Assembly (NCBI GenBank): GCA_010093815.1
Contig: ML996579.1
Length of the DNA: 64,000 nt
Direction: 5' to 3' (one strand)
DNA from: Pseudovirgaria hyperparasitica
Lineage: Eukaryota
A program made the translations under genes and the position numbers. The notes beneath the pieces were generated by a model. That model had not been told where the DNA came from and did not search any database. It was given only the letters and a program-made list of their open reading frames with translations. Positions 26,417 to 40,092 of this stretch are shown piece after piece. Within the stretch, counting starts at the first letter, position 1. The number at the start of each line of letters is the position of its first letter.

Positions 26417-29400
26417 AAAAAGAACTTCTTATACTCTAACGGACTAAACTGGTTAATTCGGGGTAAAATAGCGATTTACATACATCAAACGATAGAGTAC
26501 ACCGAGTATAATAACCTCCGACATACGTGCGTACGTATAGCGTATAATACGCAACGATACCGACGTATAGAGATACTATATATATATACTTAAAGACTCT
26601 TCGATAACACGAGTATAGACTATATCTAATAAACGCTAATACGCCGACCCCCTTTTATTAGTTAAGGGCTGCCCTTAACTAATAACTATAGCGGCCTTAG
26701 GTATCGTAATACCCTAGCATACGCCGGATATACCCCTACTAGTATAGTAGAAACGGCTATATAGCGATATTAATATGGATAGCTAGATACCTATCTAAAA
26801 TATAGGAACTAACTAAGGGTGCGAAGTACTATAGATAACCTAGACCAAGGGGACCCTGAGAGGGGAGACCCTCCTAGATAAAATTAAATACTAGATAACA
26901 CGTATAGAGAGGGACGCTAAGGAGGGAAAGAAGACCCTTCTTTATATATTCCGGGACCTTATCCGGAACCTAAGAGGAATCACAGAGGAAGAAAGAAAGT
27001 CGCCACGAGAGGAACCTAGTAGTAGACTCGACCGAATAGAAGCCAGCCTACGGAGAATCTAGAAAGAGCTATCCTAAGGTAAGCGCCCTAATACGTAGGC
27101 TTAGATTATAGTAACACCCGGAGCCACCGTACTAAGGACTACTAGGACTATAGATAGAGTATATAGTATACGTATCGTAATCTAGAATAAGGATACGCTA
27201 GCGTAGGTCTAACGGACATCCCTAAAGGAAATTATAAATAAGATTAATAAATAGAAAGGAATATAGTTAAGTGTTATAGCTACTAAAGTTACGCTAGGTG
27301 GGGTAGTACTTACTACTATAATAAATACTACGTAGTAAAACATCTTACGAGATCCGAACGCGATAGATAGTATCTTCCCCGGCGCGTCTATTAGAGTAGC
27401 TATATACCCGATTATAGTACACGTAGTACCCGTGCAGGGATAGGCTATTAGAGCGGAGGATATTACATGTATAGAATAATCTAACACGCGAAAATACCCA
27501 GGGATTAAGATCGTAAAAGCGTGGTAGAAGAACCCATAGGCGATTAAGACGACGGCGAAAAAACACTCTACTATAATTATAGAGCTCCGAGACCCCGCCC
27601 TCGTATAATATATTATATAGAAGGGATTTCTAATAGAAGGAGAGCTCCTTATAGCCGAGCTATAGGATAGGGTATAGGTAATAATATAGTACTTTGACTA
27701 TTAAGGGTATAGATATACTATATAAAGGTACTTATAGAAGACTAAGTGCGGATAATACCGTGGGGACCACGCTACCTAGGAGTACCCTTATTGTTAGGCA
27801 CGTGGCCTGCCAGTTGATTCTACATGTATGTAGTAGTCGTATATAAGTAGTGTGCTCCACCCTTAAAGTAGTAGCTTTAAGATTCGGTCCTTTTAGTGTA
27901 GTTAGTTAGTACGTGGAGCCCGCCTCCTTATATAATCTTAAAGCTACTACGGGGTCACGGGTTTAACTCTCGGTCTAGTTAACCGTTATTGAATTTTACA
28001 CGATTCCGTTTAGCTTACTACGTTACGTGTACTTTATATACGTAACGGATAACATGGTAGTAACGTTACTACGGTAAGTTAGCGTGTCTAGTACTAGAGG
28101 CGGTATTGCGAGTATTAGTTATGTGTGTATATCGTTTATACTAGGCCTGTTACGGCTAGTTCAGCTTATCTTTCGTAAGGTAGCATGCCCATGACGCGTA
28201 AGGACACGCGCCTTCGAAAAGGGGAGATATTGTTAGGCACGTGGCCTGCTAGTTAATTCTACATGTATGTAGCAGTCGTATATAAGTAGTGTGCTCCACC
28301 CTTGAAGTAGTAGCTTTAAGATTCGGTCCTTTTGGTGTAGTTGGTTGGTACGTGGAGCCTACCTTCTTATACTTATAAACCACGAGGAGACGGACTAAGA
28401 AATAGAGATATAGCATAGTATTTAAACTACGATGGGAAATACCTATCATAGTCGTTAACGTATATAAAACGTAAATAGATTATAGAATACATTCGTACGA
28501 TAAAAGCGAGAGACGCGAGATAGTTATAGAATATAATACCTACCACGAGCCCTTCCTTTATAACACCCCTAACCTCCCCTCCGGAAGGTAGTTAGGCGGG
28601 ATAGTAGACTATCCTAAAGATAATAGAACGACTAAAAGGTATAGTTAAAGCCGCTACCGCGCGAGGATAGTCGCGCCTCCGAGGAATAAGTATATAGATA
28701 TATATACTCTCTAGTACCTAATAAGGGACTAGAATATACTCTAAATTATATAGGTAAATATATAATATAAAAGAGAGAACTAGGCGACGCTCCTCGAAGA
28801 GACCGGGGCTATAATACTCGCTATCTAGGAACCCTATAAATACTACTAGACGAGTAAACCAACCACACACCCCGGATACCATACTATATACCCTCTAGGA
28901 CTAGAAAGACGAGTCCTCTTCCACATTTATAGGTTAATACTACTCTTATTATGGTTATATACTAAGCGCGATAACCTTAGGATAACACTACACCTATAAA
29001 TAGATATAGGCCCCCTATATATATATAATATATATAACTAATAACGTGTACTTATACTAGATAAGATGCTCGAGGGTACTACGGAACTAGGGTAATACAT
29101 CCTCCTAGGAGACTTTAACCTCTACTACTAATGGTAGAGAGGCCTAGCCGTGGTTAGGGAAGAACTTAGAGTAAGGGAACTACGTACCCGCTACTACGAC
29201 TTCCTATATCTACTCACACCTATAGAATAAGTTATATAGAAAAAATATAAATAGGACGAAGACGGGTCTATACTTAACCTTACCTTCGCCACGGAGTATA
29301 TTAGTTACTAGATCTAATACTACCGCCTAGGCTAGGTATAGACGGATTCCGACCACGAATACATGGAAACCGTAATAAACGTATATACCCCGAATGAATA

Positions 29401-32285
29401 ACGGGGATAATAGATATAGAAGGATACCGACTAGGAAAAGTACCTAAAGGACCTGGAATCGGCGATCCTAGATCCCTCTATAGTCGATATATCTAACGAC
29501 CTAGCCATAGACCAGGCCGTATAGATACTCCTATAAATATACTAGAATGCGAGAAATAAACACATACTATACCGAATATACCGGCCCCTAGAAGTAAAGG
29601 GGATTCCTTAAGTACGGGAAAGTAGATAAGACGCCCGAAGGCTATATAGACGCGTATACTATATAAGAATACCCGAGTCGTAGGAAGAATAGAAGGAAGC
29701 GATATAATAACGCGATAAAGTCCTTCGTAATAAAAGGCGTAAATAGTAGTATATAATTACTAGTTAATAGACACGACACGTAATAGGGCTATAGCGCATA
29801 GCGAAATAGGCTAAGGGCGTAGATACTCCGACACCCCCGCCACTTATGCCTCCCCTTATATATTAGGGGAGAATATACTCCACGGGCCTTAAGAAAACTA
29901 AGGCCCTACGGGAGGCTATTTTCCCTCTCCCGGAACTAGTAGACCTATTAGACGTTCACGGCGCTAAATATCTATACGTAGTAGATATCCCCGAAGAAGT
30001 TACGGAGGAGGATATACTTAATATTATTAAGATACTCCTAAATGATAAAGCACCCGGACTAGATGGAATTCTAAATTAATACCTAAAAAGTACTATAAAA
30101 GCGACCCTACTACTTATTACTCGTATATTCTAAGCATGCGTCACGTAGGGGTACTACCCCTAGAGCTTCCGAGTCGTCTATACTATTATACTCCCGAAGC
30201 TAGGAAAGAGCCCTAACTCTCTAAAGGGATAGAGACTAATCGCCCTTCTCTTCTACCTAGGTAAGATACTAGAGGCTACGATAGCGAAGAAGATAAGCAC
30301 CGCGGTATAGGAATATAATCTCCTCCCTCCGAACCAGAAGGCAAAGGTAGATAGCTCCCTAATAATAGCTATCTAATATATTATTAAAGTCGTCTAGGCC
30401 GCATAGAAATAGGGACGGGTAGTATCGCTCCTCTCCCTCGATATGGCCGGAGCGTTTAATAAGGTAAACCATATAAGACTTATTTATAACCTCCGGATAA
30501 GACGGATACTAGAATGGATTATACGCTTTATATAGTTATTCCTTATAGGAAGAATAACTTAGATATATATCTCTAGGTACTAGAGCGAATATAAAGAGAC
30601 GGTATACGGCATCCTATAAGGGAGCACCATCTCTCTAATCCTATTCCTCTTCTTTACGGTAGACCTTCTTTAAGGAATAAAGTATATAGAGGTAGTCGGA
30701 TACGCTAATAACATATACCTTCTAGCTATTAATAATAATACTAACCGAACGTGTAGACAACTAGAATAGAACCATAAGAGGTGCCTCTAGTAGGTAAAAC
30801 GCCACGGAGTAAAGTTCGCCCCGGAGAAATACTAGCTCATGCACTTCATTAATCGTTAAGGGAAATAGGTAACTAGGGAAGGCGAACGACGCCCCCGAAT
30901 CAACGTATTTAACGAACCACTAGTATAAAGTATACGCGCGCTCGGAGTCATACTAGATAGTAAGCTTAAATGGGGACTATAAGTGGTATATACCGTCTCT
31001 AGGGCCCTCTAGGTAGAAGCCGCTATATAATAGATTATAGTCTCTATATAGGGAACCGCCCGGGATAAGGCACGCTAGCTATATATATCTATAGCGCGAC
31101 CCGCCTTTACGTATAGACACGAGTACTAATATACAGCCCTTATATAGACTAGGCGAATAAAGCTCGAATCTATATAGAACCGTATACTCCGTCTTATATT
31201 AGGCGTATATAAAGCTACTAACACGGTGCTACTACGACGCGAGATAGACGTTATAAGTATATATAACTTCTACTAGATATAGAGGGTGGTATACTTTACT
31301 AAATAATAAGTATAGGAACGTATAGGAAACGTAGAATATACTTTCGCCGCGCTACGTATACGAATTAGTATATATTACCGCGTACTCCTATATATAGGCC
31401 GGAATTAAATACGGTATAGGTGCTTAATAGAAGCCGACTCTAGCTAAGTAGTATAAGAAGTCTAAGATAACCCGGACGCTCTCCTAGACTAGTAGAGCCT
31501 TTAAGAACTCGTGAAAAATATACGGTCGTAGACTTAAGATAAGTAGAAAGAGGCACTCCGTGCCTACTAGACCTCCTAGTAGAATAGGTACCTAGAGTGG
31601 ATTCGAGGGCTATAGAAGGAACTGAGTAAATAGATATATAAAGGGCTAACGAAAGCCTAAGTATCTATACTCATCTAAGCCCGAACGGGCGCCATAGAAC
31701 TCCTATACTATATCTATAAGAGAGGCGTTCCTAATATCTCCCTATAGTATAAGGCGTACGGCTAGAGAGGTATAATACGCCACTATCTAGCTATATACCC
31801 TAACCTCTATATATAACGGTAATAGCTTATCCACGTTACGAAGACTTTAGATATCGTATAATAGCTTAATAAGTACCCTAAGGACGTCTCCCGATAGATG
31901 CTTATATATCTACTACTCCTCTAGTACTAGTAGACCCGGAAATATATACTAGAAGAGACCCGGTATACGCTAGTAGTAACCCGATATATACCGGAAGAAC
32001 CCCGGGAGAACCCCGATTATTAGTTAAGGGCAGCCCTTAACTAATAACCTCCGCACCTATACGTGCTGCCTAAGGGTAAAATAACGGTAATATAGGCTAT
32101 AGGCTAATAGGCGTACCCTAGGGCTATATACTTAAGACGAAACAGAGGTTTAATAAGATATAGTTATAGATATAAGGAAGTTTTTCCCTATAGGGTTTCT
32201 TCTTATATAGTAGCTTAGACTAGAGAAGGCATAGGCCTATAGAGTACTACTCTACCTAGTTATATAATATTATTATTATTATTAT
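26417..32285 (+). mobile_element. Full-length Tad1-like LINE (ORF1 with CCHC knuckles; ORF2 APE endonuclease plus RT), RIP-inactivated
   Basis: TSD tatagatctaaactaa at 26401-26416 and 32286-32301. ORF1 knuckles ~27690-27790; GDFNLHH ~29108, SDH ~29348, APGPDGI ~30050, GIPQGS ~30608, GYADD ~30698; (ATT)n 3' tail. Confidence 0.93.
27792..28371 (+). mobile_element. TRIM (non-autonomous miniature LTR retrotransposon, 580 bp) inserted in LINE ORF1
   Basis: 141-bp LTRs 27792-27932 and 28231-28371 with 5-bp TSD cttat (27787-27791, 28372-28376). PPT aaaaggggaga before LTR2; 298-bp non-coding interior. Confidence 0.95.
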
Positions 32286-32301
32286 TATAGATCTAAACTA
32301 A

Positions 32302-33283
32302 TTAAGTCGGAGTAGAAGTAGAAGTACTAATTACCGCGATAGTTATATCTAATTCCTTCCGCTAGTTCTTATTTAGCATAGTATAGAGCTTTATAATATA
32401 AGTCTCTAGCCTTTCGTTCCGACGCTATAAATTCTATATAGCGCGCCTTATAGCTATAAACTCCTCTATAGAAATCTATAGAGTAGCGGGACCTAGGATA
32501 GAGAGGGACGGACTAGCGTAGACACGCTAAGAATTATATAAATTAGCGAAAAGATTTAACGATTAGTATAGAACTATATACCTTTAGTATAGAAACTTCT
32601 AGATTAGAGCTATCTTCCCTAAATTTACGGCTCTTTAGCACGCGTAGGAAAGGAACCTTAGTCTTTTTACTAGAATCTTTTCTAGGAATTTTAATATTAC
32701 TAGTATATAGAAAGAAGTCCGAAGTAGTAGAGATTTTAGTACTATTATAGAGATTAATATATATTAGTAAGAATCTATAACGATTTAAGAAAAACGATAT
32801 TACCTAGTAATCACGGTAATAATAACTATAGTAGATTCTAATAAATCCTTACGGATCTTATTAGAATCGTACTTCTAGGCGTAACCCTTACCTTAGATAT
32901 ATAGCTCGTAGAAAGCCTTCTCTAAGGCGTTACGATCGGTAGTACTATACTCCTTATTAGTAGAGGTTACTAGAGGCCTAGTAGTAATCTATACTAATAT
33001 AAGTAAATCTATATAAAGTTCTTTAAACTTACTTAAATACCTATAAGTAATAACGCTTCTTAGTTATATAAGTACTATATATTATAGATTTAGTACCACC
33101 ATAAGTAATATACGATAGAAAGTAATAACTATAATAATATATAGCTAGATTATTAGAGCCCGGCCTAGGTCGGGATAGATTAATAGCTTTTAATATATTA
33201 GTAACGTATACGAGATAGGGATTATTTAAAGGCGTCTATTTCTATACTAATTACTTTAGAGTATCGAGATTTTAGGAAACTAT
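32302..33283 (-). pseudogene. Antisense accessory gene, copy in Gypsy A copy 2
   Basis: Colinear (offset 30382) with 1920-2901; start codon RIP'd. Confidence 0.6.
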
Positions 33284-33767
33284 ATTATAATTATTATTAA
33301 TTTATATGGATTATTACGAATTATATTATTACTAGCTAAGGATAGTACGAAAATTAGTAAATTACGTAAATTATACTAAATTATAGTAAATCTATATAAA
33401 TCTATATCTATAAGGATCGGGTAATATACCTAATAATCTAAAAAACTCTATAAAGAGTTAAGAAGTTTTTTAAAGAAAGGAATATTTCTAAGAAAAGATT
33501 TTAATATAGGTAGTACCCGGGCTTATCTAATTATATTACGTAATACGCTAGGCCTAATTAGGTAATCTTACCTATATAAGAAGTTAAGATAGATAAAATC
33601 CAGTTTATTAGGAAAACGCTTATATAAATCTTAGATTAGTAAATATTAGTAAGTATCTAAGACGAAGCGTAGAGAATAACTAAGGTCTTATAAGACTTAG
33701 GATAGGGATATAGAGATAGGTAACGATCTAGGTCGCTAAGGGTAGCTTCCTAGAGGGAAGGGATAAT

Positions 33768-33995
33768 TATTAGGACTTAGCCTTAGGTAGGACCCGACCT
33801 ATATATACCTTAGCTAATAGAGTTAGGAGGTGATGTAAAGGGCGGTAAATAGTTATGTACTAGATAGATCGGCGTCTCTTTATATATATACTCTTAGATT
33901 TCTACCGAAAGGGTTCGGTAGTAATTCGTTCTATAATAGAATACACCCTATTATTCTATCTAACTATACTACTATCTAATAACCCTATTCTTATA
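33768..33995 (+). repeat. 3' LTR of Gypsy A copy 2
   Basis: Matches the 5' LTR; followed by TSD actat. Confidence 0.95.
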
Positions 33996-34000
33996 ACTAT

Positions 34001-35500
34001 ACCATGAAATAGAATAGCCGGCATTGATCTCTTTCTACTTAAGCCTTAGATATAGATGTTATTAGTAGTATAACCTCTAGTAGACGATCCCATAGTAATA
34101 ATCTTTAATATCGCGGTGTACCTTCCTTGAAGATCTTTAAAGAATTGAGTGTAATCCGTATAGCTATGGTACGCTGTAAACCAGCTCGTCCTAAGTACTA
34201 CAATTGTACTTCAGCTTATATACTTTGGAGTGTGTCTTATATAATAGAATATAGGGGTTCAGTCCTTAATAGTATCTTATCTTCTTTAGTAGCGCTAAAT
34301 AGATTAAGAATACTACTATATTATATAATCTCTAGCTTTTCTAAAGTTACTATAAAACTATTATTATCTAGGTCGACTATTAGCGTATTAAACAGAGTAT
34401 ATAATAATACATAGCTCTACTTTTAAGTAGCAATAGTTAGATATACTCTTGCTTATACTTATCGTATAGGAATACTCATCCTAGTAATAAGTAAAATAAG
34501 CTATATATAGTATATAGAGTTCTTCTTCTCTATTGAACCGCCTAATATCTTATATAAGATCTTTATCTAGTTTATATACGGGTACTAGGTCCTAAGGGGC
34601 CCCTAGGTGAAATGCTTCGGTCCTTTATAAAGGGCTTAAGAAACGTACTATACGATCAAGGCGTATTCTAAAGTCTCCTAGGAGTGCAAGCATGCCAAGG
34701 TACCCTACATTGCTTGTTAATAGTTATTTTTTATTATAGAAATAAGTATATAACGCTTACCATAGCTTGGTATACTATAGAGAGCTAAGGGCTACCGTAT
34801 ATTAATAAGAGCCTACTATGTACGAAGATAATTTAGCTTAGCGTCTTATAGATCTATTAGTATTAGATATCTCTAATTAGATATATCGAATATACTTTTA
34901 AACTCATCGGTCTATAAAAACTAAGTAAGTATAACTACGCTTAAAACTATAATTAGTCCCGCGCTCTTAGGCTCCGAAAGTAAAGTAAGAATAGAGGAAC
35001 CATAGCTTATCTAGTCTAGCGTCGTAGTGGTTTCTCTTTTATATAGGCCGTAGATAGTTATAGTACTATATCTCTTATTATTACTAACATAAGTAATAGC
35101 GCGCCGGTCTAAGATAGTCCTATAGAGGGTAATTCTATATAACGGCTTTGTATTCTACTAGAAATGGTATTGTTTAATATCTAAATTAAGAAAGGTAAAC
35201 TAAGGTATTGTATCTCTCTATCTATATAGATTTAGTGGCTATATTCTTATTAGTGGATCATTAGGTAAGCTTTGCTAGCGCCTATGGTCGTTGCAGAAGA
35301 TACGCGTTACTCGGTCTCCTTAAGATAGCTCCTATATAACCTTTGTTACCCGTTCTATACGATCTATTATATCTAATACTATAATGGATATAACTAAGGT
35401 GTTACTACAATGGTAATTAAGATATATTATAATTTAACTTAGAGAGAGTAGGGATAAGCCGTATGGTTATAGCTTTAAGTATAGTCTTAAGCGAGGTCAC
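34001..35500 (-). pseudogene. Unidentified RIP-degraded, possibly intron-containing gene remnant
   Basis: TpA-rich sequence with an intron-like gtaagcg...tag segment on the minus strand (~34760-34707); no family recognised. Confidence 0.25.
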
Positions 35501-36397
35501 GTGATACCCCTATACTAGTCTCTATCCGTCCCGGCTCCGTCATGTAATGCTAGAGACAAGGCAAAGCCGAAGTCTATAACAAATACCTTTTTAAAGGCTT
35601 CTTCTTCCGGGTTAGAAATCTTAAAGAGTTAATATAAAATGAGTCTTATATCTTTATCGTTCTAGAAGCCTTATATACGAGACTAAGCCCGCTATACTAT
35701 ATATATTACTTCGTTAACAGCTGGTTAAATATCTAAGGTATAACTATAACATAACCTATTAATATAATACTTTAGTACCGTAATAAAAGGAAGGTAAAGA
35801 AGATAAGCGGAGAGTAGAAATACTATTAGAGAAACCATTATAAAGTAGAACGAAAGTAATAAAGAACAAACATTCTGAGAAACTACTACTTATAACTTGA
35901 ATATTATAATTCTATTAAAAAGCACGAGCGAGGGATTTTCTATCTCTCTAGACTAGTAAAACATCGAAGTTAACATGCTTAGTCTTAGCTTATTTTAAAT
36001 GCCTCGTCCTTGGGAGCAGCTCCTATAGCGTTGTTAGCCTTAGACCTCTTCGAGGAAAGGCGTAGCACCTTAGCGTCCTCTTCGTAGAGGTCTAAGTTAA
36101 CTAAAATAAAACCATATAGTAGCATCGTATCGCGATAACCTAAACCGGAAGGTTATTTAGGCGTGACGTGTCGCCGAAAATCGCCAAGCCCATGGATCTA
36201 TCTCCGGCCACCTGGCTTATTCATTAAGTAACGACCCACCCAAACATTAATTACGTGTTTTCAACCTGCTATTTGTGTCTAATTTTGGGTGTGGGGTCTT
36301 ATCCTTGTTTGTTACGTGCTTTCCTCGCCCTAGGGATGCATCTAGACGGCCTGCATCGCTTAATGAATCTTGCTTTGTATCCTTGATCGACCGGTTG

Positions 36398-36904
36398 ATC
36401 CGTCTATAGCTTTTTCAGCGCGACTCTTAGCACGCGTCGCGCGTGTAACACACTACTTTTTCTCTTATTCTTTAAACTTACCTTTTCCCTAATATCTCTA
36501 GAACTAGAACTCTAGAAAGTTTTCTAATTATATATAAATATACCTCTATATAGTTTCTTACTTTCTATATAAGAAAATTAATAAAAAAAGAATAGACTAA
36601 TTAGTTATTCTAAGAAAAGCTCTATAAAGTAGAGAACTATTAAAGTACTAAGGTACGTAGTAGAGAAAATAAGAAATTAGAGATTTTCTCTATTATCTAT
36701 CTCTTTAAGACTCTTTAGTCTTTAAAAGAACATAAAAAGTATTCTTTAGATATAACTAAAAGTATATATAATCTTTTAATATCTTCTAGAGGCTTAATAT
36801 TAGGGTTATTAAAGGAAATAGCGGTTTTTAAGAATAAGAGAAAAAGTGGTGTGTTACGCGCGCGACGCGTGCCAAGAGTCGCGCTGAAAAAGCTACAGAC
36901 GGAT
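36398..36904. mobile_element. MITE-like element with ~70-bp TIRs
   Basis: atccgtctatagctttttcagcgcgactcttagcacgcgtcgcgcgtgtaacacactactttttctcttattctt is mirrored at the right end with only transition differences; RIP'd AT-rich core. Confidence 0.9.
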
Positions 36905-37384
36905 GCCAACTAATTCTTGCCTCATAGATTCCTGCAGCCGCTGAGCACAGTGGGATACATGGGTGATGCCCGTCAGTCCCGCCCGAATGAACGATCGCAC
37001 TCTTTACCAAACGTAACGTACCGAGGAAAGGAAACCTGCAATCTTCGCAGGCGCATTCTGTAGGGTGTGGTGAGTGGCATTGGTATCGTTGTTGACGCGA
37101 TGAGACAGACACCGTTTTGCGTGTGTCCTGCTTTCGACGGATAGTGTGCTTACAGACTACCGCATCCATAGGCACCTCACTTGTATGAGGGTTCATCTCA
37201 CTAAAACGACAATGATGCGCAGACTGTGTAATGAAAGAGTGCGGTAGCACACGAGCCTGTGCGTATATGTTTACACGTGAGGTAGTGCAATCACCGGGAT
37301 TCTGGCTTATATGGCTAATTACCCCAGACATACAGATCCTGGAGCTGTGTATTTCTAGGTATGCGATCTCATACTTCCACCTAA

Positions 37385-39546
37385 TTACAACCCAAGGATA
37401 GGAAGTCGGTTCCTCCCGTATCCAAAGTCTCCCCTCGTGTTCGCAAACTCCTGGAGTTGCTTCCACGAGTTCATCGTCTTGTGCATCTCCCACATTTCCC
37501 TGTCGGTCGTTGCGTTTCTGGTACCCTCTTGACCGTACATGGGTTCGTATGGTTTCCACGGTGTCTCATCGGCTTCACACGTCTCCCAGTCATGGCTTAT
37601 GAATTCTCCTGGTGCGCTGGGAACTTTACCCCGGCTCAAGTAATCGCGGATCTTGGTCGTCATGCATCTGCTAACTGCGGCGAGAGTGCAATGGCCCTCA
37701 GTCTTCAGCTCGACGAGACCGGCGTCAACAAATTTCCGGGCCATCAGGTTACCCGCGACGAGAGGAGTCACGGGATCAAAAGTGTTGGACAGGAATAGTA
37801 ATGGGAAGCGTGTTTTGATAGGCTTGGGTTTCTTTGTGGGATGATCGTCCCAGCGCATAGGGGGATCCTTGCTGGGTATGCTCCATCCAGAGCAGGTATC
37901 CATCAGTGTCATCCAGACATCAGCAAAGTTGGACGTTTCAGCAATCTTTCTGTGGCGCTCCTCAAGAATGGGTATCGTGTCGTTGAGAGGGTATCGCTTG
38001 TCGCCACACATGATGGCCAATTGTGAGTCAACCCCGACAGCGAGGCTAGGTGCGTGCTGAACCGAAGGCGTAGACGGGAACCCTTGTTCTTGGTATACCA
38101 GAAAGATAGTGTTCAGATAGCTTGCAATGTACGGAAAATTATGAATTGGTGCGTAGAGTGCTATAAAAAGCATACTCTTCACCCTCGGGTATTCGATGAG
38201 CGCAGGAACATGGCGCACCGGGTCTACGCCGTGAATTGGACTGTCCTTCAATGATTGGAAGATTATGTCTATGCGGGCACATATATCTGCCTCAGAGTCG
38301 CCCTTGCGATACAAGTCGCACCAGACACCGGCCTCATAGCAGTAGTGACAAAATTGGTTCACGATGTCATCGGTGTTAACAATACTTTCACTCCACGTCG
38401 GGCTAACGTAGTGGTCGGCATCCACTACGCCATCAAGGATGATGCGATGCACCCGATCTGGGAACATAGCGGCGAATGTGGCCCCAAGTAGAGTGCCGTA
38501 GCTGAAGCCCCAATAGACAAGTTTGCCTTCAGGGTCCTCATGAGCAGAGACGATGCATTCCTCGTCCTCGCAGCATCCAGACTTAGACCTGTGACTCGCG
38601 CATTGAGTTTGACGCCAGTCCTTCCAGGCATCGATGATGGAAACCATATCTTGGGCGACATTTGGGGTGGCTATATGACGAAGAAGGCTGTCTTCTCCCT
38701 GGATTGCATCCTTTTCGGCACAAGTTTGACCCAGGGCCCTATTACGGCTATCAATGTCCAGTGTAGAGCGGCTACTGTAGTTGAAGAGTCCGTGGCCGGC
38801 CAATTCGTTGGTATACAGTACGCGCTGCGAATCACCATATGCTCGATCATCGTTCGAGGGAACTTTGCCGTTCGATGGAAAGGCAAAGCAGTCAGCAGTG
38901 GGACGCGAGTAGCCTATGCCACGAGGATCAAAAGAAACTAAGTCGTAGTCGTCTCCAACAATCTGTTGAAGTTGCGGCGCCCTTCCTAGTAGAAATTCTA
39001 CACCGGAACCTCCTGGACCTATTCGCCTGGTTATTAAGTGTTCTAATCGATGTGGCCAAGAAAGCCCCTCACCTCCAGGATTGAATAGCATCGGAGTCCT
39101 GGACCAGTGGACATCACTAGATGACCTGGCTGGATACATTACCAGTGCCAAGTCGACATGAGGGCTGCCAGACTTATTGAGCGGGCGATGATAATCCATG
39201 GGCACACGAAGTTTGGAGCACAAAAATCGTGGACCGAGTTCTTCATGACAAGGATACCACTTGAGGGTTGCACTTGCTTCTATCTGTCTACGAATTAGAT
39301 TTCCATGTGGTGTTTGATATGGTGACTTTGACCTACCTTATCAAAATCAGGATATCTTGGCGACTGTTCAATGGCGTAGTTCATACTACTCCATAACCAG
39401 AGCCCGATAGTCATCAGTCCCAGTAGGACTGCAGCAACTAAGCGAACCGCCCGGTTTCTTTGCGATCGGTCCGTGGTCAGCGCAGCCCCGACATTGTGAA
39501 TGCGGGCCGTCTCCGACAGAAACAGGTTCGTCTTCTCTGAGTCCAT
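37385..39546 (-). CDS. TAP-like alpha/beta hydrolase (peptidase S33 type) with N-terminal transmembrane anchor; exons 39546-39337, 39283-37385
   Basis: NPGG, FDPRGIG, nucleophile GFSYG, ILDG, DPVTP and GHC motifs. A GT-AG intron 39336-39284 joins the two ORFs in frame. Confidence 0.88.
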
Positions 39547-40092
39547 CAGTAGTCGGATGTCTTGGTATGATGATTCATTGGTATTTCTCGGAGAGTCATG
39601 CAAAAGAGGTGAGGTGTCAGAAGTGGGCAGCGACTCTTTATTAGATTGGCGGAGGCGGAATGTCGACAGGGGGCAAGTCAAGGTGCCCAGGTGGAGAACT
39701 GTAGTTGGCGCTACGCTGTTGTAGGAAATCATCGACTAATCAGCGCTGGAATTCTCTCGAAGCAGGAGTAGCAAAACAAATATGCATACGAAGCTGCGGA
39801 CAATTGCTTCCCAATAATTGGTAATTTACTCTTGCAAACAAACGAATGCTTTCTTCAATGCTTCACGTGATATTTTCCGGACGACTCATCTATGTACAAA
39901 GGCCATCCGTCCATCTTGTTACTATCTCAGTAATATTTTGGCGAACGTATATTCGTGACAGCCTCCTATGCTGTAGACGCAAAAAGCCTATAACGATGTT
40001 GTGCTTGCAGAAAACAACGCCTTGGGGTATGCCATGAGATTGGCCGACAGGGTAACATAAACCACCAACTCCATGGAAACCCGCCTGTGTGC

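Larger units (their letters stand above)
19297..33995 (+). mobile_element. Full-length Ty3/Gypsy chromovirus family A, copy 2, with nested insertions; RIP-inactivated
   Basis: 228-bp LTRs 19297-19524 and 33768-33995 with 5-bp TSD actat (19292-19296, 33996-34000). Gag CCHC ~22240-22285, protease ALVDTG 22441, RT YLDD 23461, RNase H ETDAS ~23947, integrase, chromodomain ~25790-25910, PPT ~33753-33762. Confidence 0.96.

Noticed and set aside
27951..27975. tRNA T-arm/B-box-like gggtttaactctcg in the TRIM interior
   Set aside because: Imperfect stem, no A-box or cloverleaf; too short to call a tRNA or SINE.
27209..28449. Short minus-strand ORFs
   Set aside because: Antisense to RIP'd LINE ORF1 and the TRIM; no coding signal.
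36828..37559. 243-aa minus-strand ORF
   Set aside because: Overlaps the hydrolase 3' end in another frame and runs into a MITE TIR.
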